Shown: in pieces, positions 9,265 to 17,446 of the stretch
Layout of the letters: each line of letters opens with the position of its first letter
Numbering within the stretch: the stretch's first letter is position 1
Virus record (IMG/VR): IMGVR_UViG_3300044981_000214
Strand: one strand, 5' to 3'
Source of the DNA: a virus
Taxonomy: Duplodnaviria; Caudoviricetes
DNA: 64,000 bases
The notes under the pieces: generated by a model
Told to the model about the DNA's origin: nothing
Seen by the model: only the letters and a program-made list of their open reading frames with translations
The model's database searches: none
Made by a program: the position numbers and the translations under genes

Positions 9265-10631
9265 GGCTTAACCTCATGGCGCTTCATTTCTCGATAAACA
9301 CGCTTGGTTTCTACATCCTCGCGATCGACAGGCTTGTGCTTGTTAGCATATTTCTCAACACCGCTCTTAACTCTAGCTATCGTGTTGCCTGTGAAGATGC
9401 GCCTGAACCCAGTCCCATCGTCAAGCAATCCTTCAAATTTGCGTTGCGGGTTAAGGTCTGCATTAGGACGTACAATAACAGCAAAACCGTTAATCGTGTC
9501 CTCCCAGCTGTCTGGGTTTTCCTCGGTCCATTCGGAGAGCATCCGTCTACGTCGTGTAGGTTTCTTATGTCGCCCCAACGCAACCGCAGCACGTTTCCTA
9601 GTGTAATAATACGCACCGTACCCCAACAGCCCCAGTCCAACAATCGCGCCTGCGATCGTTGCATAATGCCAAAATACACCCCACGGGCTTCCAGAAGCGC
9701 GATCAGGGCCAGGATCCTGTGCATCAGAGCCCGGGTCAGCTCCACTTGAGTCACTTGGCGGTGGTATCAGCGCCATATCTGTAGAGTTATCCCCGCCGCT
9801 GTCCGAGCTACATACAGGCATGTCAGCGGGCCATACAGGGCGATTGGTAGCTATGCCATTGACATAGCCCGGATTCGCATAGGCTTGAAGTGCTCGTTGT
9901 ATTAACGCTTGGCCGTCAGTAGAAGCATAAGAAAAAGGGTATCGCTTTAATACTGCCAATCGATAATGATCTACACCTGGAAGCAAGCCTACCCAAAAAC
10001 AACCATTTGGGACTGGAGTAGCGCAGCCCTTCTGATCGCAACACATTGCGTAGTTGTTGATGACGTTCGGGATACTCGGGAAATACTTTTGATACTCCCA
10101 ACCGTCTTGGTCGTTGCCACCACCAGTGAAGTTGTTGCTCTGCCCGGAGAGCACAAAATTAGCAATGATCGCAGCGAGAAAAGACGGGTCCTGAGATGAA
10201 GAGGTCCATCTCCCAGTTGACCCTCCTTGAATTTCGCCGAATAGACCACTATGAGATGTCAAAACGAGCTGAGATACAGTTTGCCCTCGCTGGGCAGCCT
10301 GATTGACGGTTGTTTCGGCTAATGCAACACGTGTCTCGGCCGTCGAGGCTCCAACTTCACTTTGAATATTTCTTGCTAGAGCATAAACGTCCGCTGATAA
10401 AGCTTGACTACTAGGCCATTCAGGCAACCCTGAAGCTTGAAGCTGTTGCTCGGCTGCGGCACGTAAAGCTTCAGGGTTACACGGTATATCGCCTGCTGCA
10501 TTAAGTGCACAACCCGAACTGATGCTAGCTTCATAGTTCGGTTGACCTACAAGCGGCGCTAATTGGCTATGCCAAGTAGGGTAACAAGTAGGATCGGCGT
10601 CACCAAAATAGCCGAAATGACCCCATCGCAT
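9261..10631 (-). CDS. SleB/Hydrolase_2-like cell wall hydrolase with C-terminal TM anchor
   Basis: DVYALARNIQSEVG...RVALAETTVNQ resembles the LARxIxxE motif; acidic linker, TM, basic tail. Confidence 0.65.
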   Translation of the reverse strand: MRWGHFGYFGDADPTCYPTWHSQLAPLVGQPNYEASISSGCALNAAGDIPCNPEALRAAAEQQLQASGLPEWPSSQALSADVYALARNIQSEVGASTAETRVALAETTVNQAAQRGQTVSQLVLTSHSGLFGEIQGGSTGRWTSSSQDPSFLAAIIANFVLSGQSNNFTGGGNDQDGWEYQKYFPSIPNVINNYAMCCDQKGCATPVPNGCFWVGLLPGVDHYRLAVLKRYPFSYASTDGQALIQRALQAYANPGYVNGIATNRPVWPADMPVCSSDSGGDNSTDMALIPPPSDSSGADPGSDAQDPGPDRASGSPWGVFWHYATIAGAIVGLGLLGYGAYYYTRKRAAVALGRHKKPTRRRRMLSEWTEENPDSWEDTINGFAVIVRPNADLNPQRKFEGLLDDGTGFRRIFTGNTIARVKSGVEKYANKHKPVDREDVETKRVYREMKRHEVKP

Positions 10632-10651
10632 GAGAGCTAGTGTATCACAGC

Positions 10652-10680
10652 TTGACGGTCTATCGACTTAACTATATGAT
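10652..10680 (+). promoter_or_regulatory. sigma70-type promoter
   Basis: TTGACG-N17-TATGAT, with AGGAG RBS before 10710. Confidence 0.6.
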
Positions 10681-10709
10681 GCTGCTCAATAACTAGGAGT
10701 TAATGAAAA

Positions 10710-10931
10710 ATGCCCCGCGCACAACAGCAACAACAAACTGACGATAACTATGAAATCGTTCCCAATAATGAACGAACACCGGCCATGCTACGAGAAATAG
10801 CCCAGCGAACCAAACTTCGTACATTGGCTGATATGTCTGAGACTGAGATACGTGCACTTGAAAAATTGTACGGTGCTAAGATCATAAGGCCATCGAAACG
10901 TAAGACTAAGCGAGTTAGACTCGTGAAATAA
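10710..10931 (+). CDS. hypothetical basic protein
   Basis: promoter and RBS present. Confidence 0.6.
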   Translation: MPRAQQQQQTDDNYEIVPNNERTPAMLREIAQRTKLRTLADMSETEIRALEKLYGAKIIRPSKRKTKRVRLVK

Positions 10932-11221
10932 TGTCTTCTACGGAAATCGCACCTATAGCTATCGCTTTCGCTGACCTGATCGACCGCATCAAAGCAGTCT
11001 GCCCGGAGGCAGCATTACTCGGTGAAGGGCCGTCGATCGGGATTGCGAACCCAAAAAGCATTTTGCCGCCCGGGACGCTAATTCTAGACGATTTGATGTT
11101 CAAAGCGGAATGCAGCGAAATATTTTCTCGATTCGATATTCCACATTACAAAGAAGCTGACGGGGTCCTGATTATGCGACCCAAGCCAATACCTCGCCCG
11201 CAAGAAGACAACGGGAACTGA
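10931..11221 (+). CDS. hypothetical protein
   Basis: TAATG coupling. Confidence 0.55.
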   Translation: MSSTEIAPIAIAFADLIDRIKAVCPEAALLGEGPSIGIANPKSILPPGTLILDDLMFKAECSEIFSRFDIPHYKEADGVLIMRPKPIPRPQEDNGN

Positions 11222-11227
11222 AGGTGA

Positions 11228-11461
11228 CTATATGAGGTCGTCATATTTCCCAGTATCTTCTCGTGGCCCTACAATTCGAGAAGGAAATATCCAATATCGA
11301 TCAGGGTGTCTGTGTAACAAATAGTATCTCGGGTCATCCCGATCGTGACAGCGTAACGCATACCCTGCGTTTTCTGCAATTGTGCTAGCCAAATCATGTT
11401 GCCCAACATGTAGGCAAGCTTGCAAGGCGTGCAGCAGTTCAAGAATAGATTCGAAGGTCAT
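11228..11461 (-). CDS. ELLxALQA-module family protein
   Basis: LELLHALQACLHVGQHDLASTIAENAGY. Confidence 0.75.
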   Translation of the reverse strand: MTFESILELLHALQACLHVGQHDLASTIAENAGYALRCHDRDDPRYYLLHRHPDRYWIFPSRIVGPREDTGKYDDLI

Positions 11462-11757
11462 TAGAATAACTTCTGACGTTCATAACCGTAGGACATTCTA
11501 TACACGCCATCAGCTGTTATACGATAGGATAACTTCCATAAATGTTCCTGCCGGTGGATCGTGTAATAATGTTGGCTAAGCCAATTCTCGTTGGTCCACT
11601 CACTAAACACCCATCCTGCATCCTCTGCAAGCGCGTGAGCCAATTTGGGCTGCCTAGCGTTGAAACAAGCTTGGAGCGCGTGCAGTAGCTCAAGTAGCTT
11701 GTTGTTCTCCTCAAGGATTGTAGATGTGGCCTGTTCTGTCATAGCTGACAATTTCAT
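11461..11757 (-). CDS. ELLxALQA-module family protein
   Basis: LELLHALQACFNARQPKLAHALAEDAGW. Confidence 0.75.
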   Translation of the reverse strand: MKLSAMTEQATSTILEENNKLLELLHALQACFNARQPKLAHALAEDAGWVFSEWTNENWLSQHYYTIHRQEHLWKLSYRITADGVYRMSYGYERQKLF

Positions 11758-11962
11758 CCATGTAGACCACGTGACGTGGACGAGGGTTTGCCTTCCCTAC
11801 TTCCTTTATAGGCCGTAGTTCATAACACCGTTGCCCTTGATTATCCCACAACGCTATCAGCCACCATCCATAATCATGGACTATGCACCTTGCTAAGTTA
11901 TACGATTCTCCAGTACGGAGAAGCGCTTGTACCGCTTGGAGTAACTCGTTAGAGAGCGTCAT
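11711..11962 (-). CDS. ELLxALQA-module family protein
   Basis: NELLQAVQALLRTGESYNLARCIVHDYGW. Confidence 0.75.
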   Translation of the reverse strand: MTLSNELLQAVQALLRTGESYNLARCIVHDYGWWLIALWDNQGQRCYELRPIKEVGKANPRPRHVVYMDEIVSYDRTGHIYNP

Positions 11963-12288
11963 GTAAGTGTAGTAGCTTCACCCGCTAACACCCAATTGTC
12001 CGCTAGGCTTCTCCGTGATAAAAATATAACCCGATTCTGATCTGGATTGACTAGATATCCTCTATTGTCAGAGGTCATGATCCAATTTCTTGGCCCGCGA
12101 ATACTCAACGGAGCCCAACGAGTGAATACATGATCGGTACTTGTACCTGATGCAGTTCCCCAGTCAGCGAACGTCAAACGCCAATTAAGCGCTACAGCAA
12201 ACACCATCGCTTCAGCGCGCTTGATATGAATTAACGCCTGTATAGCGTTTATCAGTTCGATGTCGTTATCAATAACAGAGAGACTCAT
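11959..12288 (-). CDS. ELLxALQA-module family protein
   Basis: IELINAIQALIHIKRAEAMVFAVALNW. Confidence 0.7.
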   Translation of the reverse strand: MSLSVIDNDIELINAIQALIHIKRAEAMVFAVALNWRLTFADWGTASGTSTDHVFTRWAPLSIRGPRNWIMTSDNRGYLVNPDQNRVIFLSRRSLADNWVLAGEATTLT

Positions 12289-12737
12289 TTTAGTTCTCGC
12301 TCTGGATCGCCGATAGCACGTCGTAGGAGATTAGCTAAGCCGTTAGCCAACGGTGCGGTCCAGAATGTCGTCTTGCGTGCGTTCGTCAGTTTGTCTAGGA
12401 CCTTTATGATTTCACGAATCGACTCGGCCGTAGTAGGATAATGCGCGCCACAGGCGTCAGCTACTGCTGTTGTAGCCCTTCTGGCAATTTCTTTCTGTTG
12501 GTTCTGTTCTAGTTCTCTCAGATTCAACCACGGACGGTCATCCATACCACTGCCCCAACACTTGTCACAGACGTCGACCGACATAGCTTGCCCGCCTATT
12601 CCCCTGCGCCATCCAGAGGTATTCCCGTACATCTTAGTGCCTAAGCCTGCACACTGTTCGCACGCGTCATCTTCGTTCCGAATGCCTCGCTGTCGCAGTA
12701 GGTCTCGCCAGGCTTCGTCGTAATCGGCGCTACTCAT
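12285..12737 (-). CDS. DnaJ-type zinc-finger protein
   Basis: CEQCAGLG...CDKCWGSG. Confidence 0.65.
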   Translation of the reverse strand: MSSADYDEAWRDLLRQRGIRNEDDACEQCAGLGTKMYGNTSGWRRGIGGQAMSVDVCDKCWGSGMDDRPWLNLRELEQNQQKEIARRATTAVADACGAHYPTTAESIREIIKVLDKLTNARKTTFWTAPLANGLANLLRRAIGDPERELK

Positions 12738-12985
12738 TTGTAGTCCTCTTCTTTAGTTGAGATTACAAACTTTATGCGTTCGGAGCTTACTGAGAAGGTT
12801 TCAGGAATAACCGCGGATCCATTGGACATTTCCAGTTCCTGTTGTTTCTGTAATAATAAACAAAAGGACGATGCATCCATGAACGGGATCACACGCCACC
12901 CAGCAGCTCTGGCTATAGCGTCGGCTTGGTCGTAGTGTCGAATCTTCAGCAAAGCTTGAATAGCGTTAAGGAGTTCGTCATCCAT
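12734..12985 (-). CDS. ELLxALQA-module family protein
   Basis: DELLNAIQALLKIRHYDQADAIARAAGW. Confidence 0.75.
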   Translation of the reverse strand: MDDELLNAIQALLKIRHYDQADAIARAAGWRVIPFMDASSFCLLLQKQQELEMSNGSAVIPETFSVSSERIKFVISTKEEDYK

Positions 12986-13211
12986 GAAATGAAGAGGGAT
13001 CGAGTAAATCTGTAAAATCATCGGGGCTGATCATAATGATGTGTTCGCGGTTCCAACTATTACCGGCTTGTGCAATACGTAGGTACCATCCATCAGAATA
13101 TTTCCAAGCTTGAGCCTCCCAGCCGGCAAATACAGCCAAGTCTTTGGCTTGGCTTATCTCGCCAAGCTTTAACAAAGCTTGAATCGCGTGGATAAGCTCG
13201 ATCGGGAGCAA
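12978..13211 (-). CDS. ELLxALQA-module family protein
   Basis: IELIHAIQALLKLGEISQAKDLAVFAGW. Confidence 0.75.
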   Translation of the reverse strand: MLPIELIHAIQALLKLGEISQAKDLAVFAGWEAQAWKYSDGWYLRIAQAGNSWNREHIIMISPDDFTDLLDPSSFHG

Positions 13212-13217
13212 ACCATC

Positions 13218-13739
13218 TTACTTTCGAGCTTGAAGCTTCGGACGTACCTTTGAGGCTCCTGTGCGAGGCATTTTCTTCACAACTTTACGTGCCACGCGTG
13301 AATTTATCACCGGCTGACTCGCCGCGGTGGTGGAGCCTATTTTCTTATGGTGGCTGCGTTTGGCAGGAACGAGTTGAGTATTGGCTTGCTTGGTTGGTTG
13401 CTTATTTCTCAAGTATGCAGAGACATCAGGAGGGTCTTTAGCGTTGCCCTCTTGTGTATGGAAAACGTCGCAGGCAAGCTTTGCTGAATCGAAGGCCATC
13501 TGGGCGTCGCGTCTGGTAAGGGCGCAGTTATGCCAGGCATCGCGTGCAAGTATGTCCTGCCAATAGGCGACTTTACAAGTCAGGTTAGGACAGCCTTTCG
13601 CTGCATCACCAGCTTTTCGAGCCGCTTCGATTTTCTGTTTTAGCCGTTCGGCTGTGCGTGCCCATTCTTCAGATAACCGTAGGGCTTGTTCGAGGTCTTC
13701 TTGGAGCGTTTTTGGGGGCTTGAGGGTGTGGAGGGTCAT
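13218..13739 (-). CDS. coiled-coil protein with basic C-terminus
   Basis: ATGA coupling at 13739. Confidence 0.6.
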   Translation of the reverse strand: MTLHTLKPPKTLQEDLEQALRLSEEWARTAERLKQKIEAARKAGDAAKGCPNLTCKVAYWQDILARDAWHNCALTRRDAQMAFDSAKLACDVFHTQEGNAKDPPDVSAYLRNKQPTKQANTQLVPAKRSHHKKIGSTTAASQPVINSRVARKVVKKMPRTGASKVRPKLQARK

Positions 13740-14398
13740 CGCATCCCTATCTTTTTTGAATTGATTCGGGTTCTCGAACAAGGCCACCCGTTGTCATCCT
13801 GTTGACAAGTTGTTTCTATACTGGGCATATTAGGACGGTACAAGACCCAAATATCAGAACTGTGATAAGGCCATCTGGCAACTCCGCCTGATTTCAGCAT
13901 CACCATTGTCTTTGCTGCAGATTGATATCCGACTTCGAGAGGAACCAGTCGAGGTCCAACGGTAATTATTGGTCCCGGTACTAATTGCTTAGTCTTTACT
14001 ATAGACCCTCCAAGGTGAATATGATCATACCATCCGAAATTACCGTCATGATCATCATTACCGCCTTGGAAATTTGCGTAGAATTGAGGCGATAACTGTT
14101 CAAGCTTGGCGTTGTTCTCCTCTGTAGCCCTGTCGTTGCCAGGAGTCTCGCCAAGAGATATTCGGGCTATGCGTGTCCGTCCTCGCATAATATCGGCATA
14201 GACCAAAATGAATGCATAAGCATCAGTAAACGTAATAGGCCAACGATCCCATTTTTGGAATATTGCATCTACAAGCGCAGGTTCATAAGGTTTCTTGGCA
14301 TTCAATTTACTTAACACTTGTGCGATCGTTGTTGCCAATTCAGGTTCAACAGCAAGTCTTTTGGACATTGCAGCTTCAAGTTCAGTCTCATAGCTCAT
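13736..14398 (-). CDS. hypothetical protein
   Basis: 220-aa ORF downstream of the recombinase. Confidence 0.65.
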   Translation of the reverse strand: MSYETELEAAMSKRLAVEPELATTIAQVLSKLNAKKPYEPALVDAIFQKWDRWPITFTDAYAFILVYADIMRGRTRIARISLGETPGNDRATEENNAKLEQLSPQFYANFQGGNDDHDGNFGWYDHIHLGGSIVKTKQLVPGPIITVGPRLVPLEVGYQSAAKTMVMLKSGGVARWPYHSSDIWVLYRPNMPSIETTCQQDDNGWPCSRTRINSKKIGMR

Positions 14399-14404
14399 CG
14401 TGTT

Positions 14405-15403
14405 CTATCCTAGTTCCTTAGGCAAAATGCCTGCGGCAGATGTATTCGTTAGATCTGTTGTGTAATGGTCGATGATAGCGTCTGATAGTTGACCCGTAAT
14501 TCGCTTGATTTGATATATAGGAACGCCTCGTGCAACCATGTAACTAATAAACGAGTGACGCATTACGTGAGGGGTTACACCTGTGACTCCTGCAAGACGG
14601 GCTCTTTTTTTTACAGCTTCATATATACCTTCATCTGTAAGCGGCCCTACGAGTTCATCGCTGTTGCGTTTGAATGCTCTAAAAAACGGCCCTGTATTAA
14701 CCCCGTATCGTTTAATTAACACGTCTTGCCATGCGTTTACAGCCTTTATACAAGCTGCATCAAGAGGTACCTCCCAACGACGCTTCCCCTTAAGCTGAAT
14801 CTCTACAACCGCCTCTTTGGTTCTGTACGAAGTTTTGAAGTCCGTGAGTAGAATGCCTGCCATACCTGATCTACGCATTCCTGTCCGAAAACCAAGGACT
14901 AGTATCGCAAAGTCTCTTACATCTCTCGGATTATTACTCCGACAGGTATTTAATATAGCAGCTGCGGAAGACTCAGGAATAGCATACCTATTCTTTTTAC
15001 TCTCTTCCTTCTTTAGTTTAAGCCCGTCGGCGAAGTCATATTTGGCTATACTCTCCCCCGCTCGTTTGACACGTAACGCGTAGGCTCTAGAAACCCAACG
15101 AATGGCCTTAGTATAAAGGAGTACGCTTTGTGGGCTTAGCGGCGCAGGCGCTCGTCGTCTACGGTCACTGCTTATTAGGTTAAGTTCAAGGCCCGAGGCT
15201 GACAATTTCTTTCGCCAATCCTGTACGGCTGCAGTTGTCCAGTCTTTGCGTGCCCCACCAGCAAAGGCTATAAAGTCTCGGATTGCACGTTCATACAGGC
15301 GAGATGTTTCAGGGCTAAAGTCGTCTTTATTAGCTTCTAATGTCGTTAACAGAGTCTCCGTCGGCACGGCTTTTACCCTCTCATAGCGAAACCCTAAAGT
15401 CAA
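14405..15403 (-). CDS. XerC/D-like tyrosine recombinase (start probably GTG at 15367)
   Basis: RDFAILVLGFRTGMRRS (R), KGKR (K), PHVMRH (HxxR), TGQ, DHYT (catalytic Y). Confidence 0.9.
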   Translation of the reverse strand: MTLGFRYERVKAVPTETLLTTLEANKDDFSPETSRLYERAIRDFIAFAGGARKDWTTAAVQDWRKKLSASGLELNLISSDRRRRAPAPLSPQSVLLYTKAIRWVSRAYALRVKRAGESIAKYDFADGLKLKKEESKKNRYAIPESSAAAILNTCRSNNPRDVRDFAILVLGFRTGMRRSGMAGILLTDFKTSYRTKEAVVEIQLKGKRRWEVPLDAACIKAVNAWQDVLIKRYGVNTGPFFRAFKRNSDELVGPLTDEGIYEAVKKRARLAGVTGVTPHVMRHSFISYMVARGVPIYQIKRITGQLSDAIIDHYTTDLTNTSAAGILPKELG

Positions 15404-15429
15404 CCCTGATAACTTGAATTACCAGGGTA
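15402..15429. promoter_or_regulatory. dif-like recombination site (11-6-11)
   Basis: AACCCTGATAA CTTGAA TTACCAGGGTA; near-perfect inverted arms directly upstream of the recombinase. Confidence 0.55.
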
Positions 15430-15464
15430 CCCTCCGGATGTAGTAAATGCCTGAAATCATTAAG

Positions 15465-15492
15465 GAATTTGATCATCTCAGTTATGCGATTA
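15465..15492 (-). promoter_or_regulatory. second dif-like site
   Basis: TAATCGCATAA CTGAGA TGATCAAATTC; left arm resembles a XerC arm (..CGCATAA). Confidence 0.35.
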
Positions 15493-15525
15493 TTGTAACG
15501 TCTCAGAACTGCTAAGCTAAATGAA

Positions 15526-15900
15526 ATGGGCCGCAGCGGACCAATCCCTCGTGAGAACGCTTTTTATCGCCTCGCTCCGCGTGATGGCCGCGTGCTGCCC
15601 GTAGTATATGCAACGAAGAAAAACGGGCCGCCGTACGTGTTGTGGCCAGGGCCAGCTGAGCATTTAAGAGAAGGCGATCTAGGATATTTCAAGCGCCACC
15701 CGCTTGCCGGCTACCGCGGTTATATCCCAGTGTTGAAACTTGCCGCAATGGACTATGGTCTTGCTGCAGCAGAAGACCTTGAACGACGTTTAGTAGTTAT
15801 ACCTATCGATGGCGATACCTGGAATTGGGATCGCGCTAACTTGTACTTGATTGCGCGCCGTGACTACTTTTTGCTTTCTCACAATCGACCGTCACGATAG
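15526..15900 (+). CDS. degenerate HNH-like protein
   Basis: VVIPIDGDTWNWDRANL resembles VHHIDGDxxNNxxxNL without the His residues. Confidence 0.5.
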   Translation: MGRSGPIPRENAFYRLAPRDGRVLPVVYATKKNGPPYVLWPGPAEHLREGDLGYFKRHPLAGYRGYIPVLKLAAMDYGLAAAEDLERRLVVIPIDGDTWNWDRANLYLIARRDYFLLSHNRPSR

Positions 15901-15915
15901 GGTTGGGATACGCTC

Positions 15916-16131
15916 ATGAAGAAAAAGCCTAAGTACTGGCGCCACACCGGAGGCGGTTGTGGGCTGACAACGTCGTCGAGACATCCTTGTGACGAAAGCT
16001 ACGAACGTGGCAGCGAACGCGTGACGGTGCTAACGACGTTTGATAGGCACTGGAACATGCCCGAACGTGTCGTGTCGTTATCGCAACTTAAGCGGCTGAA
16101 GGGCGTTGGCACAATCAAGAAAGAGAAATAA
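15916..16131 (+). CDS. small basic protein
   Basis: MKKKPK start. Confidence 0.5.
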   Translation: MKKKPKYWRHTGGGCGLTTSSRHPCDESYERGSERVTVLTTFDRHWNMPERVVSLSQLKRLKGVGTIKKEK

Positions 16132-16249
16132 GACCTGCTACTTCATCAGTAACGTACGATTGACGACCAAGCGCGTAGCGTGTCGCAGACGATAGCAACG
16201 CGAAAAGGTCACCGCGACCCATAGTAATAGGCATTTGTTTATCGGTCAT
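16115..16249 (-). pseudogene. truncated phage gene (SATRYALGRQSY motif), 44 aa
   Basis: manual translation; ends where the opposing gene 15916..16131 ends. Confidence 0.45.
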
Positions 16250-16300
16250 TTGGGGTACCATAGCCAGTGTCTCTCCGACGGCGACCAATCCCACATCAAA

Positions 16301-16669
16301 TTATAAATGTCCGCAGCCGGAAAGTGTCTTTCTGGTGTTGCTGAAACCCATACACGTCCCGATACGCAGCTCGAAATGGAACTTTTGATCTAGATCAAGC
16401 CAGCTCTCAACCGCAGCCTTTGCAATAGCCGCAGAAGCGGTGCAACGCTGGCAGCGCCCGACGTTCAGATTCTCGTCGGTGCAGGTCGTCCTGGCATGCT
16501 CGGGAAGGCAGAGGTCAATGAACTCACGAACCTCTGGGTTCTTGATAAGCCGCAGAAATGCAGCCTCGTAGGCGGCTTCTTTGGCTGCGATACGCTGCGC
16601 CTCCAGCTCGCTACGTCGTTTGAGTTCAGCGTGTAGATCGGCGTCAGTAATTTCTTCTAGCTTGGTCAT
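16301..16669 (-). CDS. hypothetical Cys-containing protein
   Basis: PEH.RTTC...RCQRC. Confidence 0.6.
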   Translation of the reverse strand: MTKLEEITDADLHAELKRRSELEAQRIAAKEAAYEAAFLRLIKNPEVREFIDLCLPEHARTTCTDENLNVGRCQRCTASAAIAKAAVESWLDLDQKFHFELRIGTCMGFSNTRKTLSGCGHL

Positions 16670-16684
16670 AAACTACCCCATAGG

Positions 16685-16903
16685 TTAGAAACGCTTGATT
16701 TGCGAACTTTCACGCTGCCACCACTCCGCCTTCGTCGGCACTTCGCTAGGCTTGTGATCGCACGCACACCCGGGGCAACACGCCACCTGGGCGCCTGGCT
16801 TACGATCAGGAAGATTAGTCCAGAAAATTGTAGGTGTACGACATGAGAAACAACGCTCGTATGGCGGCTCAGGATCGTCTTGACGCTGGATGGGTACGCT
16901 CAT
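16685..16903 (-). CDS. zinc-finger hypothetical protein (full copy)
   Basis: CFSC...CCPGC; leaderless behind a GAAATA promoter. Confidence 0.7.
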   Translation of the reverse strand: MSVPIQRQDDPEPPYERCFSCRTPTIFWTNLPDRKPGAQVACCPGCACDHKPSEVPTKAEWWQRESSQIKRF

Positions 16904-16937
16904 ATCAGCTCTACGTTTAACCTAGAAATTCTATTTC
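16904..16937 (-). promoter_or_regulatory. GAAATA-N15-RCGTW promoter (leaderless)
   Basis: GAAATA GAATTTCTAGGTTAA ACGTA GAGCTGAT ATG. Confidence 0.75.
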
Positions 16938-17074
16938 ATCCAGCCAATTCATTGCCTTGAAGGCGCATCAGGCAAAAGCAGCTGTTGGTTGTTCGGGAAC
17001 AGCAACTCGGCGATCTTCCGAACATGGCGCGGATGAGGACGCCAAGGCTGACGCCGACGCTTGCATCGAAGCAT

Positions 17075-17281
17075 TTAAGAAGACAGCGGATCCAAACACC
17101 ACTCCGCCTTCGTCGGCACTTCGCTAGGCTTGTGATCGCACGCACACCCGGGGCAACACGCCACCTGGGCGCCTGGCTTACGATCAGGAAGATTAGTCCA
17201 GAAAATTGTAGGTGTACGACATGAGAAACAACGCTCGTATGGCGGCTCAGGATCGTCTTGACGCTGGATGGGTACGCTCAT
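17075..17281 (-). pseudogene. duplicated copy of 16685..16903 with a replaced C-terminus
   Basis: first 61 aa identical. Confidence 0.7.
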
Positions 17282-17315
17282 ATCAGCTCTACGTTTAACC
17301 TAGAAATTCTATTTC
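17282..17315 (-). promoter_or_regulatory. GAAATA-N15-RCGTW promoter (duplicate copy)
   Basis: identical to 16904..16937. Confidence 0.75.
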
Positions 17316-17334
17316 ATCCAGGCCCCTATTTCAG

Positions 17335-17376
17335 AAAAAAAAAACGCGAAGTTAGCCCCTCCGGGCCAACTTCGCG
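17335..17376 (-). terminator. intrinsic terminator
   Basis: CGCGAAGTTGGCCC ggag GGGCTAACTTCGCG followed by T10. Confidence 0.85.
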
Positions 17377-17387
17377 AGGTTATAGGT

Positions 17388-17446
17388 TGGACGATTACAC
17401 GTGAAAGATGCTGGACGATTACACGTGAAAGATGTTGGACGATTAC
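17388..17446. repeat. 24-bp tandem repeat, about 2.5 copies
   Basis: TGGACGATTACACGTGAAAGATG(C/T). Confidence 0.85.

Larger units (their letters stand above)
16719..17321. repeat. 225-bp exact direct repeat (16719..16943 and 17097..17321) flanking a 153-bp unique insert
   Basis: identical by eye, offset 378. Confidence 0.9.

Noticed and set aside
16719-17321. DGR template/variable repeat pair
   Set aside because: The copies look identical, with no adenine-specific mismatches, and there is no reverse transcriptase in the window.
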